From contig NC_087447.1 of NCBI RefSeq assembly GCF_036321535.1, positions 50,098,001-50,162,000 of the forward strand: a stretch of DNA of 64,000 nt, in the 5' to 3' direction. A model generated the notes under the pieces. That model was not told the origin of the DNA, searched no databases, and saw nothing but the letters and a program-made list of their open reading frames with translations. Of this stretch, positions 1 to 12,466 are shown in pieces. Source of the stretch: Camelus dromedarius. Its lineage: Eukaryota. Each line of letters begins with the position of its first letter. The first letter of the stretch is position 1. The translations under genes and the position numbers were made by a program.

Positions 1-206
1 GAACACCAAGGACTGCGGCAGCCACCGGGAAGGAAGAAGAGGCCGGGAAGAATCCTCCCCCAGTGCCTTCAGAGGGAGCCCTGCTGACGTCTTGACTTTG
101 ATTTCAGACTTCCAGGCTCTAGCCCCGTGAAACAACACATTTCCGTTGTTAGAAGCCCCCCAGGGTGTGTGGTACTTTATTACAGCAGCCCCAGCAAACT
201 AATATG
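1..206 (+). mobile_element. MLT1 (ERVL-MaLR) LTR 3' part
   Basis: Typical MLT1B/C/D end: ...ttgatttcagacttccagg...gtgtggtactttattacagcagccccagcaaactaata. Family assigned from recalled consensus. Confidence 0.75.
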
Positions 207-789
207 CAGCCGAATGTGCCTCAGCTCTGGGGTGTCCTGGCTTTGGGTCCAAGCAAGTCACCCCTGCTCAAGCCTCAGTTTCCTTAACTGTGGAATGGGA
301 ATGATAATACCTACCTCATAGGCTTGCTCTGGAGTTCAGATAATTTGAGAAGAAAGGAGGCTTTGTAAAGCGCTGCGCAAACATTAGCTGTCACTGAGCA
401 GGGGAGAGTTTAGATCCACTGAGGCGTTCCCACCCATCAAAAGTCTCTCTGTGACACACAGGACCCCCAGGTCCACCTGCCTCCTCCAGGATGACTTCTC
501 CACAGATGTTCTTTAGTCCCTACATCTCTTGGTGCCTCTCACAGCACCTCCAGTTGGACTGGTCTGGAATTACCTGTGGCACACCTGTCTGCCCTGAGGG
601 CGGGTTCAGCCTTGGTCTTGTTACAGACTCCCCTCCTAGAGGTCCCCCCCGGCATCATTCATTCCTTCATCCGGGCACTGGGGTACATGTGCATCTGTAC
701 TGTTATTCAGGCCCCCTGCACTGGTATATTCACTCACTATATGTTTATTCATTCATCAATTCACGCCTGAATACCCAGGCCTATGATTG

Positions 790-890
790 ATTCATCCACC
801 CACCCATCCATGCATCCATCCATCATCCAGCTACTCACTCATCCACCATCACACTTCCATCCATGCATCCATGAATTCACCCACCTATCT
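790..890. repeat. Degenerate (TCCA)n simple repeat
   Basis: Repeated catcc/atcca units. Confidence 0.75.
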
Positions 891-975
891 AAACACACAC
901 GTATTTATGCCTGAATGAATCTACCCTACCCGCATGCATTCTGCAGGCCCTAGAAGCCCCCTGTGGGCTCCCTAC

Positions 976-1211
976 CTCTCTCCAGGTCAAGCAGGTAGTT
1001 GGGGGCGAGCTCGATGGAGGAACAGTTCCAGCGCATGTCGGCGAAGGCCCTGCGGCAGGCCTTCATGGCCTCGCGGGCGGCGTGCACGATGGTGTGCATG
1101 AGCTCCAGGTTGCTGCGGCACAGCTGCACCTGCGCCGACACCAGGCCCTCCAGCTGTTTGCAGTGCTGTGTCTGGTTCAGCGCCAGGGCCGCCGGGGTCT
1201 TGGACAGCGCC
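976..1211 (-). CDS. WNT11: WNT11 second coding exon ([79 protein letters not shown])
   Basis: Acceptor tgtgcag|G at 1212/1211 and donor GAG|gtaggg at 976/975; 236 nt. Phase is compatible with the preceding exon (CT+G=Leu). It has the Wnt cysteine pattern, the RWNCS motif, and NQT and NCS glycosylation sequons. Later exons are outside the window. Confidence 0.98.
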
Positions 1212-4200
1212 CTGCACACAGGCCAAAAGGCAGCAAGGGAAGGGAAGGGAAGTCAGGGCGGGGGGGGGGGGGGGGCAGCGTTGCCTCCACCAGCTGTACT
1301 GGCCCCAGCCTCTCTTCAAAGGGCTCGGAGCCTTTGCTAGAAGGAGCCAGGAGAACAGGAGGCCAAGCGCCGTCCCCAGCAGAGCAATGGCTCCCCCTCC
1401 TGCCCCTGTGTGACCTTGGGCACATCATTGTCCCTCTCTTAGGGACAGTGGCCTTCATTCATAACATAGGATCATGACCTCCATCCTACCTAAGCCTTAT
1501 TATAAGTATACTAACAATAAAGTTTTATAGTTCACAAAGCACTCACCTTCACAGCCTTATTTAATCCTTACACGGCTGTGAATTATTACTCTTTATTCAA
1601 CATTCATTCATCTCTAAATACCTATATATGCCAGACACCATGCTAAGTGCTGGATTATACTACTACTACTACTACTAATACTTTATATTGAACACTTACT
1701 AGATGCACAATGTGAGTTAGGAGCTTCCCATCATGGCTTCCTCTAATTATTAAACTCATTTACTAGGCCATAAAATCCCACATACATGCAAGGGATTTAT
1801 TAAAAGATTAAAGAGCTACTCAATTTTATAATAAACTGGATTTAACCATTAACTTGCTGTGTGACCTTAGATAAATCACTGTCTCTCTCTGGTGTCTGTA
1901 CCTATAAACTATATTTCCCAGAAGGGGTTCCAGTGAGACACTTTGAGAAAAGGGATCCATGGTCAAACACATTTGGTGACTGTGATATACTACACCCCTA
2001 CTTAAAGAGTAATAATGCACATTTACATTATTTACATTTTAAAGGTTCTGAGAAGTACTGCAGCAAAGCAACAGGCTTGGTTTTAACTCCCAAGTCTGCT
2101 GAGCACAAAACTATTTGAGATGTGCTAACCTCATCTATGCTTTGGGAAATGCTGGCCTAGGCAGTCCCTATGAATTCTAGTGATGTAATAGGACCTAAGA
2201 GTTTCTCGGATACTGGCTCAGGGCACTGGGATTCCAAGACCCTAGGACCAGAGATCCATCTTGGATTCTCCTTCCTCCTTTCTCTGAGGAGCAGACTGCA
2301 TCTGGCTGCACCTCCTTTAAGTGGAGGCTAGAGGGACGCCACAACCTTAAAGGCTTCCACATAGACCCACCCCCACCCAGAGCCAGCTGGTCCTCAGCAG
2401 CCCAGCAGAGATCCTGGAGGGGCAGAAGGCAAGAAGGGGCTGCTGTGGGTCCGCTTGCTGGGACCACAGCAGACCTCAACCAGGGTCAGGGATGAGACAT
2501 GGCGAGATCAAGATCCCTGAACCCCTGGCCTGAGATCCCAGGAGAGGCAGCCTGGTGCCAAAGAACAGCACAGGCCTGGGCAGACTCCTGGCTCTCTCAC
2601 TCCCCTTGAGCAAACCAAGTGACCTCTCCTCTCCCAGCAACCTCCCAGTATTGTCTGAGGGATTAACTCAACATGTGTCACATGCTCCACCCAGGGCTGA
2701 CACACCGTGGTCAGTGCTCAGTGATGGAAGCTACTAGATTACTGCTTTGGTGGTTTTTCCCTACTGCAGGCAGCGTCCTGTACCCACTTAGTCAAGGCCA
2801 AGAGCTGCCCCCTGATTTCAAGTCCCCTCAAAAACTGGCCCCCCAGCCCTCTCCAGTCCCTTATCATTGTCCCCAACATGTGCTAATATCCGCCACATCA
2901 GACTCCTGGCTTCTCTGACAGGGACTGCCTTAACACATGCCCGTGCCCAGGCTTTCCCTGGTGCCAGGACTGCCTTTCCCCTTGCTCCTGTATCTAAATG
3001 AATAAATGGACTTTATTCATTTGTGGAAGAAATATGTGCTAAGCACCAACTCTTTCCAGACTCATTTGGAATGAACGTGACAAAGAACCTTTCCTCAAGG
3101 AGCCCCTCATCCAATGGCTGCATAGACCTATCACAGTTAAAAGGCAATGGCCCAGATGTTCCAGCTCATGGGCTGGCCGGGAAGAGCCCAGGCTTTGGGC
3201 ACCAGCTCTGGGACCTGGGTAGTTACCCAACCTCTCTGGGCCTCATGGTACTCATCTGTTATAAGAAAATGATAAATTCTACTTCAAAAGGTGTTGGCAA
3301 GACAAGTATGATAATGTAAGTAAAGTATTTGGGACATTTGTAGACAAAATCCCTTGCCTGCTGCCGTGTGAATCTTGTGCCAGAGGGAGTCAGAAGACCT
3401 GGCTTCTATGTGCTGTGCAATCTTGGTAAAATGCTGCCCCTCTCTGAGCATCAACCACAAAATGGGGATTCCTGGAGGACTTGCAGGGGCTGAATGAGAT
3501 AATACATGCGACGCTGAGTACTAATAGGTTAGTTTGCTTCCTCTTGCCTCTCTCTCTGCCATGCCCTACCCATCTTACAACTCCAAAACTTTAGAAATCT
3601 TCCCAGAGGTCTGGGAAGCAGATCCAGGGCAAGTGGGCATTGAGATTGACTATGGGTGTCTTGGGCCATCTCTCCTCGCTGTGACCCCTGGCCCACCCCT
3701 TCCTACCAAGGCATGAGCTGGGAAATGTCTGGTATATATGAATACAGACCCCAGGCATGGTTGCTTGACCTAAACTGAATTGTCTGGTCCTCCTTGGCCT
3801 TCTGCACACCGAGGGCTACCTACACCGGGACACCTGGGGAACCCGCTGCCCACATTCCTACAGCCCATATGGGTGAGGTGTGACCACACAGAGGGCAGGT
3901 ATCACCCCCTCGGCCTGTTTCCTGGTTGTTACAGCCCTTCTGCCTCCATCTAGCAAACACTGTACACGCACATGGACCCACTGTCCCTGGTGGGCACTCC
4001 CGTTTACAGCACCTCTCATTTCATCCTGTTCTCACAATGCCTAGAGAGGCCTGGGAGAGTCTTAACCCCACTCTGTACAGAGGACACAGAGGCGCTCCTG
4101 TGCCTGGGTACTTAGCCTCCTGTGGAAGCCACCCTCCCTCTGGACCTGGCCTCACCTTCCCAGGTCCCCTCTCTACTGGGCTGAGGGCCGTCAACACTCA

Positions 4201-6175
4201 GCCTGTCCTGAGCCTGCTCTGCCCATCACCCCTGCCCAGCTTCCATCCTTCCACTCGGAGCCAGTTTTCTGTTTCACAACAGGAAGGGCTGCAGGGGAGA
4301 CAGGAGAAAGCACCCAGCACAGCAGCAGGCACACAGTGGGCACTCAAGCAGAGTGGCTGCCTTCCGGGTCCTTTCCCTGGGCTCCTGCTCAAAAAGTCGA
4401 TAATAACAGCAGAGACCTTTCCTGGGGAGCTCAGTCCAGGCAACTCCTGAGCGCCAGGTGCTGTGGCTCCCAGGGAGGGGTGCTCTGGGCTCCCAGTGTC
4501 TGGGGACCTTGGACCACTCTGGGTCAGTCTATCCATCTCTGAAGTCATCAAGCATCCACCTCCCCAGCTGGCGGTGAGGGGAAGGTTCTATGAAGGAAAC
4601 ATGGTAAGGATGCTCCCAGAGGAGGCTCAGACTGCCCAGGCAGGCAGAGAACAAAAAGGAAACATTCTGGGGGGCCTGGGTGGGCACGAAGCTGCTGGAG
4701 AGAGTGGCTGGGACAGAGCAGCCAGCTGCGGCATGCTGTGGGAGGCTGGTTCATGGGAGCGTGCAGACCTGGAGATCAGGAGGCGGGAGGCAGTGGATTC
4801 CACTCCCGAGGAGGGCGATGCGGTCATCTGGTAATTAGTGGTAATGACCGTTTCTAACTAAGGCCCCCTCAGGGAGGTAATCAAGGATTAGGGTGGGAGG
4901 CGGGGGAGTTACCCGTCTGGACATCTTGTCCGGCTTGCCTCACTGCAGCAGACCCCTAATTGAAAACATTTTGGTTTATCTGAGGGTGGGTGCATGGGGG
5001 AGAGGGTGGAAGAGAGGACAGGAGGGAATAGAGAGTTCACCGGCGAGGCCTACACCAAGGGTGCCACTGGGGTGGCTAAAGTCTCTCTCGTGTGGGAGTT
5101 GGGTTCTCCTGGGAATGGCCACAGGGCAGCTCACTCACCCAATGTTCGACCGTGGGCAAGAGCTTGCCCTTTGCTGGGCCTCAGTGTCCCCACCTCATTG
5201 TGCAAGTGACAGAGAGACAGTCAGAGGCAGAGCCAACCTAGATCCCAGACCTCCTAGATCCCAGGCTAGGGCTCTTTCATTCCCATTTTAGAGATGAGGA
5301 AACTGAGGCTCAGAGAGGCTAACGTGATTTATTTGCCTGGGGCCTGGCTCATGGCTAGTGCACTGTCAGAGCTCAGGCTGGCACCCAGGTCTCAGGTCTG
5401 GGGCTCCTCCCACCCACTCTGCAGCAGCGATGTCCCTTCTGAGTCTCTTTAGAACTTTTCCTCCAGAGGAGCAGCAGGCTTGGGGCTGCCCAGGGTGGGT
5501 AGAGGAGCCTTTATGGGTCCTCCCAGCCACACTGGGCCTTTCCCCTCACTGAGCAGCCCCAGTGGTTCACCGAAGGCTGGAACCATCTTCTCTGCCCCCG
5601 ACAGGGCAGCCAGGTGGATGGCTTACCTGGGTCTCCCCACACTTCCTAGTCTGTCTCCCAGCTCCTGGCTTGGGTGGGAGGTGAGGTAGAAGAGGGGTTC
5701 CCCAGGTAATTTCCAATCAGGTGCTTCCATCCCCCTCCCACCCTACAGGAAGCTCAGGCTGAGTCCCAGGTCCCCAACAGGTGGACATTCTGGGTCGCTT
5801 AGCCACATCTACATTCAGTTCCTGTGTCAAATGCCCCTTCCCTCTTCAGCTCACTTTCCAAAGCCCAGGGCAGCAGGGTCCCCAGGGACAACTCCAGGAC
5901 AGCTGAGTCTCCTGGGTAAGTACCCAGCCTCCCAATCCCACTGTATGCTTCCCTGTTCCCATCTGTCCTCTGGCCAAGAGGCCACAGAGCCAGAAAGCTT
6001 AACTCCAAATCCTTCCTATGCTGCCTAATATCTGTGACGCCCTGTTCGTTAAAGACCCACTGAGCCTCCATTTCCCTTTTGTTTAATGGGGATGATGGCA
6101 GAAAATACCTCATGTGGTAGTTGGGAGATTTAAATGAAACAATATACATAGAACAGTGCCTGGGATGTAGCAAGA

Positions 6176-6176
<1 letters not shown>

Positions 6177-6220
<44 letters not shown>
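6177..6220. repeat. (CA)22 microsatellite in a WNT11 intron
   Basis: Direct reading of the sequence. Confidence 0.97.
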
Positions 6221-6222
<2 letters not shown>

Positions 6223-6361
6223 TGTTGTTATCCTTAAACTCCACTCGTTCTCCTGCTTCCCCTTCTGTCTTCAGTTCCAGCAAGAGTTTAACCACTATCA
6301 AGAGGTTTAGCTTTGTGGAGCCCGTGTGCCTGGCTTCTGATCCTATATCTACCATTAATTA

Positions 6362-6490
6362 ACTAGCTGTGTGACCTTGGGCCAGTCACTTAACCTCTCT
6401 GTACCTTAGTTTCCTCATTTGTAAAATGGTAGCGATAAGAATGTCACCGACTTCATAGGAGCATTATCAAAAATTAAATGACTAAAGCTT
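6362..6490. mobile_element. MIR SINE (representative copy)
   Basis: Core actagctgtgtgaccttgggccagtcacttaacctctctgtaccttagtttcctcatttgtaaaatgg. Many similar MIR fragments occur throughout, e.g. about 205-390, 9230-9340, 14500-14640, 30030-30230, 35900-36070, 48400-48555 and 59870-60105. Confidence 0.85.
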
Positions 6491-8457
6491 CAGGGATTTA
6501 GTAGGAGGTTCCTGTAATTCCTGGTTTCTCTGTTTCCCTACATGCACTGTCCTGCCCCTGCTGTTCCTTCTGTCCAAGATGCCTGCTCTGCATTCCATCC
6601 TTGGCCATCCGCTGAGATCCTATCTATCTTTTGAAGCCCCAAGTCACCTCTCTTACATGGGACTAACCACTCCTCCTCTGGGCTCCCATGCTCTCTCTCC
6701 TAGGACACAGCCCAAAGTCTGCTTTGTGCTTTTTACATGTCTTTCTCTCCCAAGAGGCTGGGAGAATTTTTAAGGCAGATAGTGAGTTGTACCCATTTGT
6801 GTGACACTCTGGGCTACGCAGGGGGAACAGCATGGATGTTGGGCTTAGCTAGCCATCTCTTCCAGACACTACCTGACCAAAAGCAGCTTGAGAGCCCGTG
6901 CAAGTCACACAGTTTTCGGAGCCTCAGTGTTCCCACTGTGGCACAGGGATGGTGGCAGTGTCTCCCAGAACACTCTAGGAGTGAGCCCAGTTCTCGGCCT
7001 CTGATGATCTTTGTGCTCCCCAGCAAAGCCTTTCCCTCTCTGGAACTCAGTTTCCTAATCAGTAAAATGCTGGTGGTGGGCGAGGAGGGCTTGGGCTCCC
7101 AATCAGAGGTCCTCACCAGCTGGGACAGTGCCAGGTACCAGCAGTACGAGGATGGATGGTTTCTCACAAAACTAATCAAGAGCAGCAGAGAAGAGCCGGT
7201 GTCCCCTGGCTGGGAGGCCTCCGAGCTCCAAATGAGAAATGCAAGAAGATGGGGTTCCCCTCTTGAATCACCAATTAATTGATAACTCAGCCCCAGAAGA
7301 GGCAGGGCCAGTGACCTCGAGACTGTTTGCTGGTGGCCCAGCCACTATCACCCTGTCTTCTAGCTAATCCATGAACCTTCCTTGCAGCCCCTCCGCAATC
7401 CCCATAATCTGTCCCCTGCCTGCCTTATCGGCATGGTTCCCTGCCCCCGACCCGGAACTCTAGACAGTATCCTGTCTTGGGACTTGTCCACCGCTCAGGG
7501 AGTCCCTCCACCCAAAGTGCCCTTCTCCCACTGCCCCCACCTGCCAAACTCCCAGAAACTCCTCAAGCCCATCTTAGGAGCACTGCCCTGGAAAAATCTC
7601 TCCAGGGTCCCAAGTATCTGTGCCCAGTACCTGTGCCCCCACCAGGTAGTCTCCTCTCCTCTGGGCCCCCACAACACGGCCCTGGTCTCTTCTAGGGCAC
7701 TTGGAGTTATTTACAGCCTGGGCTTATCTCTTCCAGACCAGAGGGCAGCTCCTCCAGGAAGAGGCTGGGTTTTACTCCTCTCTCCTTGCCTACACCGCCC
7801 ACAACCCTGCACAGAGCAAGCACTCCCTTCTGCTGGATGGAAAGGAGTCTCTCCCCCACCTATCTTTCCATTAATAATTTCTGTCTAAAGGCATACCCTT
7901 CACATGTGCATGGCATCTGATAGTTTACCAGATTCTTTCAAGAGCCACTTCTCATTTGACCTGAGTGAAGTAAAGACTCTTACTCTCCTTTGACAGAGGA
8001 GGACGCTGAGGCTCCCAGAGGCTGATTGACTCTTCCCCAAGGTCACCCAGATGGAGGGGTCCGAAGGGTCTGAGGACCTCCAGCTAGGGTCAGGAGACTG
8101 ACCAGGAACATACTGAGCAGGCTTTATGTGCAGGGCACAGACCCTCTTGAGTGGGTCACTTGATCAGCTCTTTTTCCATCTGTCCCCGGGGGGAGGTCTT
8201 GTGCAACCCTCAGCTGCATAGGACAGGGCACTTCTGTCGTCCTCCACGCCCTGTCTCGCTCCTCCGGGAGGTAAGGACAATATTTTACAGAAGAGGAAAA
8301 GGAGACTCAGGAAGAGTGACTTGCCCACGACCCCCAGCCAACTTCTGCTCCCAGGTTTTGGGCGCGCAGGCCTGATCCAGGGGTTCCCTTAACGCTCTCC
8401 GCCGCCCCCAGCCGCCGGTCCCGGGACCCCTCTGCGAGGACGCGGGTCTCTACTTAC

Positions 8458-8540
8458 AGCCACTTGATGCCATAGCACACGCCGGTCTGGAGCGCCAGGG
8501 CGAAGAGAAGCGCCTGGCAGACCTGCGGCCGCGTCCTCAT
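8458..8540 (-). CDS. WNT11: WNT11 first coding exon (signal peptide, [27 protein letters not shown] + 2 nt of Leu)
   Basis: Reverse complement reads ACG-ATG AGG ACG CGG ... AAG TGG CT|gtaagta. It is 83 nt with A at -3 and a canonical donor at 8457-8452. The peptide matches the known mammalian WNT11 N-terminus. Confidence 0.97.
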
Positions 8541-8640
8541 CGTCGAGCGGCGGGCTCGCTGAGGGGTCGCACCCTGGGGAAGCCGCACCGAAGTCCCGCC
8601 GCGCACCCGGCCGCCGTCGCTCGTCCTGCGCCCAAGCCGC
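8541..8640 (-). other. WNT11: WNT11 5' UTR part of the ATG exon, preceded by a splice acceptor
   Basis: Minus strand reads ccttaac (branch-point-like, 8675-8669) ... tccgctctccccgactgcag|GCGG, with AG at 8642-8641. There is no upstream ATG in the 100 nt. Confidence 0.7.
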
Positions 8641-10907
8641 CTGCAGTCGGGGAGAGCGGAGGCGGCGGGTTAAGGCGGCGCACGGGGCGGGGGCCGCGGG
8701 CGGGGGTGGGGGGCGTTTTATTCAAATTACAAAGGAGGGGTCGGGGCCCCGGGAGGCCGGGCGCGCGGCGGGGCGTCGCCTCCCGCCCCGCACAGCTTCG
8801 GCCGGCTGCCGGCGTCTGGCTCGAATTAGGTGCCGCAGAGCGCGGCCGAGGGCGTGTCCACCTTGCACGGGCGACAGAGACTCCGCAGAGATGGCAGAGA
8901 GACAGCGAGAGGGAAAGAGATCCTCAGAGGGCGAGGCGAAAAAACACAGAGCAAAGGGAGAAGTCGCGATAGACAGTTTTCGGGAGGGACGGAAGGAGAA
9001 GACGAAGGGGGTAAGGGGTGGAGGCCGCGGGCGGGATAGGGGAGAAGCAGATTCGGGGCCCAGGATCTGCGTTCTTATCTCCGTAATATTAATTACTAGT
9101 TACTGTGGGCGTGGCAACTGTCCTTCCCGGCTGGTCCTCAGTTTACCTCCTCTGTGAACTGGGGATATAATTGTGATTCAAGTTGTGATTAGGACACAAT
9201 TCCCCTTTTATAAAGAACGTTCACCTCACGCGATCGCATTTGTTCCTCCCAGCAACCCTGTGAGACAGGCACTATCACTGCCCCCATCTCACAGATGAGA
9301 AAACGAAGGCCCGGAAATGTGAGATGGGGCTGTTCAGCCGGCGAGCCTCTGGTCCATGCCTCGTGTTCTGCCCTTAGGTCTACCTGGTGTTCGGTAAGAC
9401 CACGGACCGTGAGAAGACAAGGAAATAGGGGCTTGCTCTGGGTATCAGTTTCTCAGTCTATCAAGGGGAGGATGAGAAATGGGATAGCAAAGATCTTTGT
9501 ACAGTGAGGTCTGTTGTGGGACCTGCGTCTCCGAGTCCCTCTAGCGGTGCCCCTTTGAAGGGTAGGATGACGCCCAGGCCGGACGAGGCGGGGGCAGCCT
9601 GGCCTAGCCTAAGCTGGGAGGCTGACTCGGCCGGCGCAATGCCGCCTGCGGTCGCCAGGCGGCGTCCTGGGGCTGCGGAGCAGCCCTTACCCCGCCCGCA
9701 CGCAGGCCGAATAGCCGCTTTCTCCGGCTTTTTTCTTTTCATTCTTCATTTTTTCGTCTTCTTCTCACCTCATTAACTCTCTTCCCAGCTTCTCCCAAAT
9801 TTACCAACACATGGCGTTCGCCCGGAGACAAACACAGCCCCAGGCCTCCTCCCCTGGGAAGGAGCAGACAAAGGGATTCCTTTCTAAAGTGGCGAGTCGG
9901 AAAAAGGAGGCGTCTGCCTTAGAGGGGACGCTTGAGCGAGAAGGGGGAGTTCTTATCTGGCTCTGTGACATTGGGCAAGCCCTCCACCACCCCTAACCTC
10001 AGTTTCCTCTTCTATAAAAAGGGACTGGACCTCTCCGCGCATCTCCTGAGGTCTTTCCAGCCTACAGTAGTCCGCGGGTGTTAAGCCGCCCTCTGCCTTA
10101 ATTTCCACTATTACGTTTACCTGCGTAGTGTGTGCATTTACGTGTGCACCTTAAGCATACACACACATTTGAAATCCCACTGTTTTCTGTAGCCTCTGGC
10201 ATGACCCGGAGCAAGTCAGAGAGAAAACTGAATTACATTTTCTTTCTCTTCCTCAGAGTCCTCTAGCTGGGCGCCTAACACAGTGGCGCTCGCTACAAAC
10301 ACCGAGTGGAGGCGCGGGGCGGGGAGAGGGGCAGAGACAGAAGGCGGTTTCAGCGGGGGTCTCCGTCTGAGCCCCTCCTCCCACCCAGCCTGTGTCCAAA
10401 CCTTTTGTCTTACTGGCCCTTAAAGTTTACTACGCTCCTGAGAATGAGAAAAATATTGGCTGGATATGCGGGGCAAGGGAGAGGATCAAAACCAGTCATT
10501 GCCTCTCCTCGACCCCACCCCCTCCCAAAGTGTGGGATCCCCTCCAAGCATTCCAGGGTGGGGAAGAGGAAGGGCTGCAGGCGGAAAGAGGAGAGCGCGG
10601 ACTCACAGCAGGGGATCCGTTCCCAGCCCAACTCTCCCAGAGAGAGGAGGGGCCGCCTGGGTCACAGCGCACGAGGACCCTGGCCTCCAGCTACTCCCGG
10701 CTCTTTCGGAGCGGCCCCGGTGGTCGTGGGCTTCTCCTTTTGCTGCTCCAGCACGTTGCTGGGGCAGGCAGCTTTTGGCCTGGGCCTCTAGGTCCTGACG
10801 GATTATTCCTGCCCACGGTCAGAGTGTCTAGGACAGCCGCGCAGGCCGCTGGGTCACCCTCAGCCTGCGTCTCCCGGTTCAGGACGCACTCGCCTCCTGG
10901 AGCCCCC

Positions 10908-10926
10908 GGCCCGCCAGGGGGCGCTA
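10908..10926 (+). promoter_or_regulatory. CTCF consensus motif
   Basis: GGCCCGCCAGGGGGCGCTA is a close match to the CTCF core CC(A/G)CCAGGGGGCGCTA and lies within a CpG island. Confidence 0.6.
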
Positions 10927-12466
10927 GGTCGGGGTGGCGGGTGGGATCGGCAGCAGCCTCCCGCGCCCTGGGACTTTGGGCAAGTTATCTTCTTTTTTGG
11001 GGCCCCAGGGTCCCCGTCAGGGGATGGGATGAGGTGTAAAGTAAGTGCCCTCTCAGTTCTGGTCCTTCTATGAGACATGGGCTTACCATGGTCAGCCCCG
11101 AAATGCTCGACCCCTTGCTTCAGGCCCGGCTCGGAGCCTCCCTTGGGGTCAGGCGTATAGTGGGCTCGTGTCAAAGAGCTGTGTCTGGAGAGATGAGCAG
11201 TGCCTTCCTACCCACGCTGGGGATAAGGTTCAAGCTACCTTGCTTGCAGCAGGCAAGAGAGCGAACAGTCCAGACTGCACACTGGGCACTGCGAGAGCAG
11301 TAGCCACAGCCCCGCTCTAGCTCTAACAGGTGGTTATAAGGCTTGGGATCTGGAAGTCCCTAGAAACTCCGCTGCCAGTGTGGTCACCTCTCTGGGCCAA
11401 AGACGGAGGGGACATTCCGAGCTTCCCCTTCCCGGGTGAGCCCGCGCTGGGCCGGGAGCCTGCACCGTGAGCTGGGACTGAGTGTCCACGCCGCGCGGAA
11501 GGTCTGCGCGGGCCGGGCCTGAAGCCTCCGGCTGCGCAGCTCAGAGCCGACCCGAAGGATCCATGCTGGTGAGCAACTGCTTCAAGGTTACCTGCGACGC
11601 CGAGCGAGGCCTGGCCTGTAGCCCGGCTTTGACCTGGGCCGCGAGTCTTTCGAGATTTGCCTGCGGGGCTGCGGAAGATGCGCCGGGTTGCCCACTAGTC
11701 GGGTTATTTGTGAAGTGGAAAGGGTGGGGTGGGGTAACTTGGGGTACCTCCCACTACTCCCACTGAGCCCGACTTGGAGTGCCGAAGAATTGGGAGGTTC
11801 ATGCAAACACCTCAGATCCAGGAGGTGGGAGGAATGGAGCTCGTGCGTGAGCTCAGCCAGATGTTCCGGGCTGCTCCAGATGTGCCTCGGGCCCGGATAG
11901 GAATCTCCTACTCCCCTTCCCCCAGCCTGGAGCTCAGGTCTGTAAACAAACTCGGTTCTCCCTTTTCCCTGGCCGCTCTAGGAGAGGGTCGCAAAGCTAG
12001 GCGTCCGCCCCCACCAATCTCGACCCCCAATTTAGTAGGAGCTGCTGTAATTCTCTGCCTTTTGCCATCTTCTCCCGCCCCTCCACACACACCCTCTGCA
12101 GCAGGATTCAAGTCCCCCACCCCCGCGATGGCTCGGGCATGACCTCATTCAGGGGCCGACTGGGAGGTAGAGGGTCGAATGTGGGGGTAACAGGGCTGGG
12201 AAGTCTCATGGCGGGCGGCAGGAACTGCAGAGCACACCTCCGCCGCTGGTCCGCGTAAGGCCCCCGCCCTCAGCCCCCCGCGGCTGGGCCGGGTGAGGGG
12301 AATGCTTGGGAGAGCCGCGGAGGAGAGGTACGGAGGAGGGCTTGCTTGCTTTGCTTACTTGGGAGCGGGTGCCCAACCGGGTCGCGGCGCCGCCTCGGAC
12401 TTGGGCGCCCCTCGCCCTAGCAGGTCCCCGCTGAGCGCCCGCCCGCTACCCGCGGCCACTGCTCAC

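Larger units (their letters stand above)
8350..9060. promoter_or_regulatory. CpG island over the WNT11 ATG exon / possible proximal promoter
   Basis: Very high GC and CpG density, with SP/KLF/EGR-like G-rich boxes at 8684-8713 and TCF-like CTTTGTA (minus, 8734-8728). Confidence 0.8.

Noticed and set aside
950..1219. ORF-track call of an 89-aa stand-alone protein
   Set aside because: It is a WNT11 internal exon plus intronic flanks; the true bounds are 976-1211.
10306..11174. Several long ORFs in the intronic CpG island
   Set aside because: Stop-poor GC-rich sequence with no Wnt or other recognisable motifs.
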